From a virus (taxonomy: Duplodnaviria > Caudoviricetes): 55,170 bases of DNA. The position numbers and the translations under genes are program-made. The stretch covers positions 1-55,170 of the IMG/VR virus record IMGVR_UViG_3300025607_000090. One strand, given 5' to 3'. Positions 50,400 to 55,170 of this stretch are shown one piece after another (positions within the stretch are counted from its first letter, which is position 1; each line of letters starts with the position of its first letter). Below the pieces are notes generated by a model, which searched no databases, was not told the DNA's origin, and worked only from the letters and a program-made list of their open reading frames with translations.

Positions 50400-50879
50400 C
50401 TAAATTTTTACAAATTTAGATGGGTCCGAATTAACTATGGTGTTTATTGTTGATTGAGGTTTTCTGTAATCACTTGCAAGCATATCTTGAGTGACGTCAG
50501 TGCTACCGTGATACGCGTGATAAATCTCCTTTTTTTCATTATCGTTTAATTTTTCTTTACGTGTAGGTAAATCTGAAAAACGACTTTTTACAGCTTTATC
50601 AAAGGTTGCTGCTGTTTCAATTGTTTTCTCTACAGCTCCTATATTTTTAGTTATCTCCATAACCTGATTCCAATTCTGCTCGCGTGAATACTTGCGTAAT
50701 TGTCGGTTTAGATCGTCATTTAGTATTACGGCATGTTGTTTTAGTTCACGTGCCGATTTTTTTATTTTTGCTTCTTCAGAAGCAGAAAGTTCTTCTTGGT
50801 TAATTTGTTCAAAGCGTTGATTTACTACTTCAGGGTTTAGTAAACTAGAAGGGTTGTTGGGGTCAAATAGTCCGCTCAT
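50400..50879 (-). CDS. Coiled-coil protein with C-terminal HTH, inverted inside a cassette
   Basis: TQDMLASDYRKPQSTINTIV HTH-like; lies between GTTAGCTGC (50367) and GCAGCTAAC (50992). Confidence 0.7.
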   Translation of the reverse strand: MSGLFDPNNPSSLLNPEVVNQRFEQINQEELSASEEAKIKKSARELKQHAVILNDDLNRQLRKYSREQNWNQVMEITKNIGAVEKTIETAATFDKAVKSRFSDLPTRKEKLNDNEKKEIYHAYHGSTDVTQDMLASDYRKPQSTINTIVNSDPSKFVKI

Positions 50880-50899
50880 TGAATTTCTCTCTAATAAAT

Positions 50900-50923
50900 T
50901 GATAATCTGATATCAGGTTATCA
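50900..50923. promoter_or_regulatory. Imperfect palindrome upstream of the HTH gene (candidate operator)
   Basis: TGATAATCTGA-TA-TCAGGTTATCA. Confidence 0.5.
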
Positions 50924-50993
50924 GAAATCAGATTGCTGTCAAATTATATTTAACAATCAGTTGGTCAGCGAATTTATTCATGAGAGAGTAAGC

Positions 50994-51094
50994 AGCTAAC
51001 AAGCACCTCAACTAGACGGCTAAAGCTGTCACATTTTTTAGCAAAGAGACGCAAAAAACTGCGCCAACACGCCGCGGTTAGGTGGGTGTTAAGC
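50994..51094 (+). repeat. attC-like site 3 (best preserved)
   Basis: R'' AGCTAAC, CACCTCAAC/GTTAGGTG L-box stem with an extra C, central hairpin, R' GTTAAGC. Confidence 0.9.
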
Positions 51095-51140
51095 ATTCTA
51101 CGCTTGTTTCAACAAACGTAATTTAAATGGGAATTGAGTA

Positions 51141-51881
51141 TTGAAATTTAAAGATATAAAACCTGAAGTTTTAGGAGTGATTTATGGCCTTCTTGTATTA
51201 AACCTCTGGTATGTATCCTCATTGGCAATAGAGCACAGAATTGTGCCAAGTACATACGACTACTTTTTGCAAGCTATTGTAGTATTGTCTGCAGCATTTT
51301 TCGGTTCCTTTTCTGCATTCTATTTAAACACCAGAAAAGAAAAACTTGGGAAAATACAAGGGAATATTTCCGCATTAAACTCTGCTCTGTTTTTAACGCT
51401 AAGGCAAATAAATGCTCTGTTAAATCTAAAAAAAGCAATAGAGCCTCTAGAAAGTGACAATATACGGTTTCTAAAGTTACCAGCAATGTATGCTGCGGAT
51501 TATAGCGATTTAAAAATAGAGTTAAATCGCTTGGAATTTTTGCTAAAAGACCACCCAAATTTATTGTTAAATTTATCTATTGAGCAAGGGAGGTTCGAAA
51601 ATGCAATTCGAATTACCAATATGAGAGCAGAATTCCATCACGAAGATCTGCAGAAATCTCTAAACGATAATAACTTTTGCATTGAGCATCCCTCTCTTGA
51701 AGAATTAGTTACAGCAGTAGGCCCTAGAGTGGTCGGTAACGCAATTAAACTTACCGATGGTATGTATGAACAAATATTTTTAAGTGTCGACAGTTTAACT
51801 GAGGTTCACGAAAGACTTTTTGAAATAGCAAAAGAGAACTTTCCAAATGAGCGATTCGTTAAATTTCAACAAAATGCCTAA
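51141..51881 (+). CDS. Two-TM membrane protein with helical cytoplasmic domain (cassette cargo)
   Basis: TTG start; bounded by GTTAAGCATT and AATGCCTAAT with the stop inside R''. Confidence 0.75.
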   Translation: MKFKDIKPEVLGVIYGLLVLNLWYVSSLAIEHRIVPSTYDYFLQAIVVLSAAFFGSFSAFYLNTRKEKLGKIQGNISALNSALFLTLRQINALLNLKKAIEPLESDNIRFLKLPAMYAADYSDLKIELNRLEFLLKDHPNLLLNLSIEQGRFENAIRITNMRAEFHHEDLQKSLNDNNFCIEHPSLEELVTAVGPRVVGNAIKLTDGMYEQIFLSVDSLTEVHERLFEIAKENFPNERFVKFQQNA

Positions 51882-51931
51882 TAAGAAGCTCAACCAGACG
51901 GCTAACCCCACCTAAAAAGGTAGTGTTACTG
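51876..51931 (+). repeat. attC-like site 4 (left arm, truncated)
   Basis: GCCTAAT-AAGAA-GCTCAACCAGACGGCTAA matches the left arms of sites 2 and 3. Confidence 0.7.
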
Positions 51932-52087
51932 CTTTGGGGATACATTCTGACAAGCTCATTTATTGATTGATATCGAATATGGCTCATATATCAGTGCAAC
52001 TCACAAGTAATGCTTGCCATAAGTGACATAAGAGTTCATTTTGTAACGCTAATTTACAGGATTTCTGCGTATATCTAAAATAGGTAA

Positions 52088-52118
52088 ATGAGCATACCTG
52101 TTATACAAATGTTATGCC
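52088..52118 (+). other. attI-like cassette entry site (right array, second)
   Basis: ATGAGCATACCTGTTATACAAAT-GTTATGCC; near-copy of minus-strand 11789-11820. Confidence 0.7.
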
Positions 52119-52136
52119 TAAGGAAGTTAATCACGT

Positions 52137-53891
52137 ATGAATCAAGATTGGATTCTCCAAAAAAAAGAGACTCGTCGCACTTTTTCAAAATCAACTTGGG
52201 TTCCTTTGAGAGCTGCTTTTGGTAACGAAAAAGGTAACGTTAAAAAGATAGGTTATACAAACGAATTTTTTGGATGTGGTTCTGTTGCATTTTCTCCGGA
52301 TCATCGCGATATCGCGGAAAAATTGAGTTGGAGTGATATCGGAATCAGCTCAACTATCGGTCCATATGCATACGAAGATGGCTACTACTCAACCATAGAT
52401 GAATATCAATATCATGATAAAGAGCCGATCGGTGTTCATCTCGTCCTTGAATTATCTCTACCTGTAGTCGGTGGGCGACAATGGACATTGACCCCTGATC
52501 TTGTTGCTGCACTCCGCCTCATAAAAGAGGGAGATAATTGGGTAAGGCCGGAAGAAAATTTTGTAGTAGTGGCTCGGGAAGTTCTTGATGAAAAAGGTGA
52601 TCAGCGCCTGATCGAAATCAAGAGAGAATTTCTTCTCGACTATTTAGCTGCTAGGAACCTAGCTCTCCGACTTTCTTACTACCGTCAACGAGTGGAAAAT
52701 GTAACCGCTCTTGAAACCAGTGAATACGCTGACTTGGAAAACCATCAAGAAGAGCGCGATGATGGACGATATGAGTTACTGATTCGTGATGTAAATGACG
52801 TTTTTGGCGGAAGCTGGGCGATGTTCCGTGCTTGGCGAACTGATGTTGATGAAGATGAAGACGCACCGGTGATGGGACGAGAAAATAACGAAAACACTGA
52901 TTATGAAAAATCTGAGGGAACTCGTGGTGGGTTTCATGGCGTACGAGTCGAGGGCGAGTTTTGGCGCGATGAATGGATAGAGCACAAAGGCGTAAGTAAT
53001 CGCGTTCGTGGGGATGTAGACACAAACTTGCCTCAATTTATAGTTGAGACTGATGGCATGCGTTTGGCGTCTGCCGAGTTAAACAACGAAGATGTTGGTC
53101 GGTGGCTCTGGTTTCGCTCAGGTATAGTAAATGAGCTTCTAGGGCTTCGCGGATTTTCTCTCAATTGGTATACGGCACAAACAGGTGAAATTAAATCCAC
53201 ATCTGGGTATTCAATTCATATTGGTATAAATATTTCAGATTTAATAACAGTCTACGCCTATGACATTGCTCGCCTGCCGGCTTGGGAACAGCATATTTGG
53301 GCAGCTCAGAATGTTGTTCCTGATGGAAAGGTTTCAAATGAATTATTAGCAGCACAGGTTAAAGCTGAACCTGCCTCTACCCATGCGGTTGAGGAGCTTC
53401 TTTTCAAGGTGATGGAGATGCTTGAGGGCGGGTTTAGGCAGACATTCAATGTTTCACTTTACTCACATGATCTAGATCGCACTGAAACTGAAAAGTATAT
53501 CTCCCGTTTCGCGAGCAAGGATCAAGCATCATTGCTGAGATTGGCAAAAGAGCTAGTTCGTGTTTTTTCCGACCGGCTTGATGTACGTGAACTTCGAAAA
53601 CTATCAACACACTTAAATAAGGATAAATTGGGCTCAAATAAGCTCCTGCAGGATGTACTTGCTCAGAAAGTTGGCGCTGATAAGGCCCGGGAAGTCTTTG
53701 GCCCAATTGTGGGGGCGTATGATATGCGAATAGGTGACGCTCACCCTACTAGCTCCAAGATTGGAGATGCTTTGAAGCTCGCTGGAATCGACGATAGTGA
53801 GTCATTTTTGCGACAAGGTGAGCAATTGATTTCCAATTTTAGCCAATCGATTTGGTGGGTTGGGAAACTACTATTTGAAGAACCAGAGTGA
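52137..53891 (+). CDS. 584-aa protein with C-terminal RxxxxH (HEPN-like) motif (cassette cargo)
   Basis: Helical C-terminus with LGSNKLL...YDMRIGDAH; bounded by GTTATGCC and GGCATAA. Confidence 0.7.
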   Translation: MNQDWILQKKETRRTFSKSTWVPLRAAFGNEKGNVKKIGYTNEFFGCGSVAFSPDHRDIAEKLSWSDIGISSTIGPYAYEDGYYSTIDEYQYHDKEPIGVHLVLELSLPVVGGRQWTLTPDLVAALRLIKEGDNWVRPEENFVVVAREVLDEKGDQRLIEIKREFLLDYLAARNLALRLSYYRQRVENVTALETSEYADLENHQEERDDGRYELLIRDVNDVFGGSWAMFRAWRTDVDEDEDAPVMGRENNENTDYEKSEGTRGGFHGVRVEGEFWRDEWIEHKGVSNRVRGDVDTNLPQFIVETDGMRLASAELNNEDVGRWLWFRSGIVNELLGLRGFSLNWYTAQTGEIKSTSGYSIHIGINISDLITVYAYDIARLPAWEQHIWAAQNVVPDGKVSNELLAAQVKAEPASTHAVEELLFKVMEMLEGGFRQTFNVSLYSHDLDRTETEKYISRFASKDQASLLRLAKELVRVFSDRLDVRELRKLSTHLNKDKLGSNKLLQDVLAQKVGADKAREVFGPIVGAYDMRIGDAHPTSSKIGDALKLAGIDDSESFLRQGEQLISNFSQSIWWVGKLLFEEPE

Positions 53892-53912
53892 TATGAATAA
53901 CCAGTTCAGCGG

Positions 53913-53963
53913 GCATAAGGCAATATAGTCAATCGGACGGCTAAAGCTGTCGCTGCGTTAATT
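53913..53963 (+). repeat. attC-like site 5 (degenerate)
   Basis: GCATAA(GG)C-AATAT-AGTCAATCGGACGGCTAAAGCTGTC shares GACGGCTAAAGCTGTC with site 3. Confidence 0.7.
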
Positions 53964-54135
53964 CTCATAGTTCCCATACAAACCCTAATGCCTAAACCAA
54001 CATTGGCACGATAAATTCTATGGCGCTTTATGCCCCATAACGCCTTAGGCTGAAACATTAATTATGCAGGATGAATGTGCTTGTAATCCATTGTGTGTAA
54101 ACTGTCGGTTAACTCGCATTAACTGACGTAAAACA

Positions 54136-54819
54136 ATGAAAAATCTATTCTTAGTATTTCTGCTTGTGCCGACGCTAGCATTCGCAGCAGATCCATTGAG
54201 CTTTGGCCGGGCTAAAACTCAACTTAAAAAAATTTACAAAGCCGCGCCGGAGTCATTCTATTGTGGCTGTGATATAAAATGGCTGTCAAAAAAGAAGTTA
54301 GTGCCGGTTTGGAACTCATGTGGTTTTAAGCCGCGTAAACAACATAAACGCGCCTCTCGCATCGAATGGGAACACGTAGTTTCAGCATGGGAGTTTGGGC
54401 ATCAACTACAATGTTGGCAGAACGGTGGTCGTAAAGCATGTAAAAAGGTTACTGCGTTTAAAGCCATGGAAGGAGATTTACATAACTTGGTACCTGCGAT
54501 CGGTGAAGTGAACGGTGACCGCTCAAATTTCAGGTTTAATATGATCTCCGGTGAGAAGCGTGTTTATGGTCAATGCGATGCTGAAGTTTATTTTAAGGGG
54601 CGAGTATTTGAACCAGCGCCAAATGTGCGCGGCGACATAGCCCGGACGTACTTTTATTTTTCGCAGCAATACGGATTGAAGATCAGCAAGAAACAGCGAC
54701 AGCTATTTACGGCTTGGAACAAATTAGATCCAGTTGACGCCAGTGAATGTTTAATTCACGATAAAAAAGCGCGAGTGCAGGGGAATGTTAACCCGTTTGT
54801 AGAAAATAATTGTAACTAG
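54136..54819 (+). CDS. endA: Endonuclease I family secreted/periplasmic DNase (EndA/Dns/Vvn-like)
   Basis: Signal peptide (AFA), [45 protein letters not shown]. Confidence 0.93.
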   Translation: MKNLFLVFLLVPTLAFAADPLSFGRAKTQLKKIYKAAPESFYCGCDIKWLSKKKLVPVWNSCGFKPRKQHKRASRIEWEHVVSAWEFGHQLQCWQNGGRKACKKVTAFKAMEGDLHNLVPAIGEVNGDRSNFRFNMISGEKRVYGQCDAEVYFKGRVFEPAPNVRGDIARTYFYFSQQYGLKISKKQRQLFTAWNKLDPVDASECLIHDKKARVQGNVNPFVENNCN

Positions 54820-54840
54820 AATTAATAGGGAAATGAAAGT

Positions 54841-55170
54841 ATGGCATGGGAAGTTGTTTTATATTTGATCAGTGGTGCTATTTTGGGTCTTTTGATCCAT
54901 CAGGCAGTTATGTATGGGGCATGCTATCTGTTTGATTCAACAACAGCTGAAAGCTGTGTTTTGTTTAGTATCGTAATATTGATGTTAATAGTTGGTTTTA
55001 AATTTAATTTTTCTTTACAGCAATTTTTCTTCACTATACAAGAAACTGATAAATCAGAATATGGCTTCGTTGCTCCATTATTCGTTATGGTTAAATATTT
55101 TGGATTTGTTGCTAGCGCGGGGTTAGGCATTAAATCTTCACATACCTATTTCTTTCGGAGTCCAATGTAA
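54841..55170 (+). CDS. Three-TM membrane protein
   Basis: Hydrophobic ORF ending at the window edge. Confidence 0.55.
   Translation: MAWEVVLYLISGAILGLLIHQAVMYGACYLFDSTTAESCVLFSIVILMLIVGFKFNFSLQQFFFTIQETDKSEYGFVAPLFVMVKYFGFVASAGLGIKSSHTYFFRSPM

Larger units (their letters stand above)
1..55170. mobile_element. Temperate prophage (lambdoid early region, podovirus-like morphogenesis region); att ends not visible and right boundary uncertain
   Basis: Ordered int-xis-recombination-cI/cro-replication-Q-lysis-terminase-portal-capsid-tail-ejection modules; no tape measure or sheath gene. Confidence 0.93.

Noticed and set aside
52651-53706. Antisense ORFs inside the 584-aa gene, and similar shadow ORFs inside structural genes
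   Set aside because: They fully overlap well-supported genes and lack RBS or recognisable motifs.
49577-53963. Repeats as a CRISPR array or simple terminators
   Set aside because: The spacers are whole genes, the repeats are 50-100 bp imperfect palindromes without U-tails and with GTTRRRY ends, and no cas genes are present.

Overview
The window is an apparently near-complete temperate prophage of a Gammaproteobacterium. A marine Alteromonadales/Vibrionales-like host is an inference only. The left arm is lambdoid: integrase and excisionase, SSB, RdgC, Dam-type methylase, YqaJ/RecT recombination pair, a CI/Cro switch with readable operators, O-type initiator with iterons, DnaC-like loader and Q. 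The right arm is podovirus-like: lysis genes, terminase, P22-like portal, N4-gp56/DUF4043-like capsid, adaptor and nozzle proteins, two tail appendage proteins, and ejection proteins ending in a 1986-aa polyvalent protein. The most unusual feature is that both accessory regions (about 9.0-11.8 kb on the minus strand and about 49.1-54.0 kb on the plus strand) are built from integron gene cassettes. About eight attC-like sites follow single genes, and the cassette ends carry mutually complementary R'/R'' boxes. Three attI-like entry sites share GAGCA-N16-(G/A)TT. No integron integrase is present in the window. Most attC sites carry a lesion at or beside the R'' AAC triplet, which suggests cassettes were captured with a host IntI acting in trans and then locked in place. 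The cargo (HNH nuclease, RxxxxH/HEPN-like protein, Cys-His-Asp protein, membrane proteins) looks like anti-phage defence. The left array is nested inside a fossil attachment region of a P2/186-like element, made of an integrase C-terminal remnant, arm-type repeats, an IHF box and a tRNA-Leu-like 3' end. All family assignments come from motif recognition by eye; no database searches were run.
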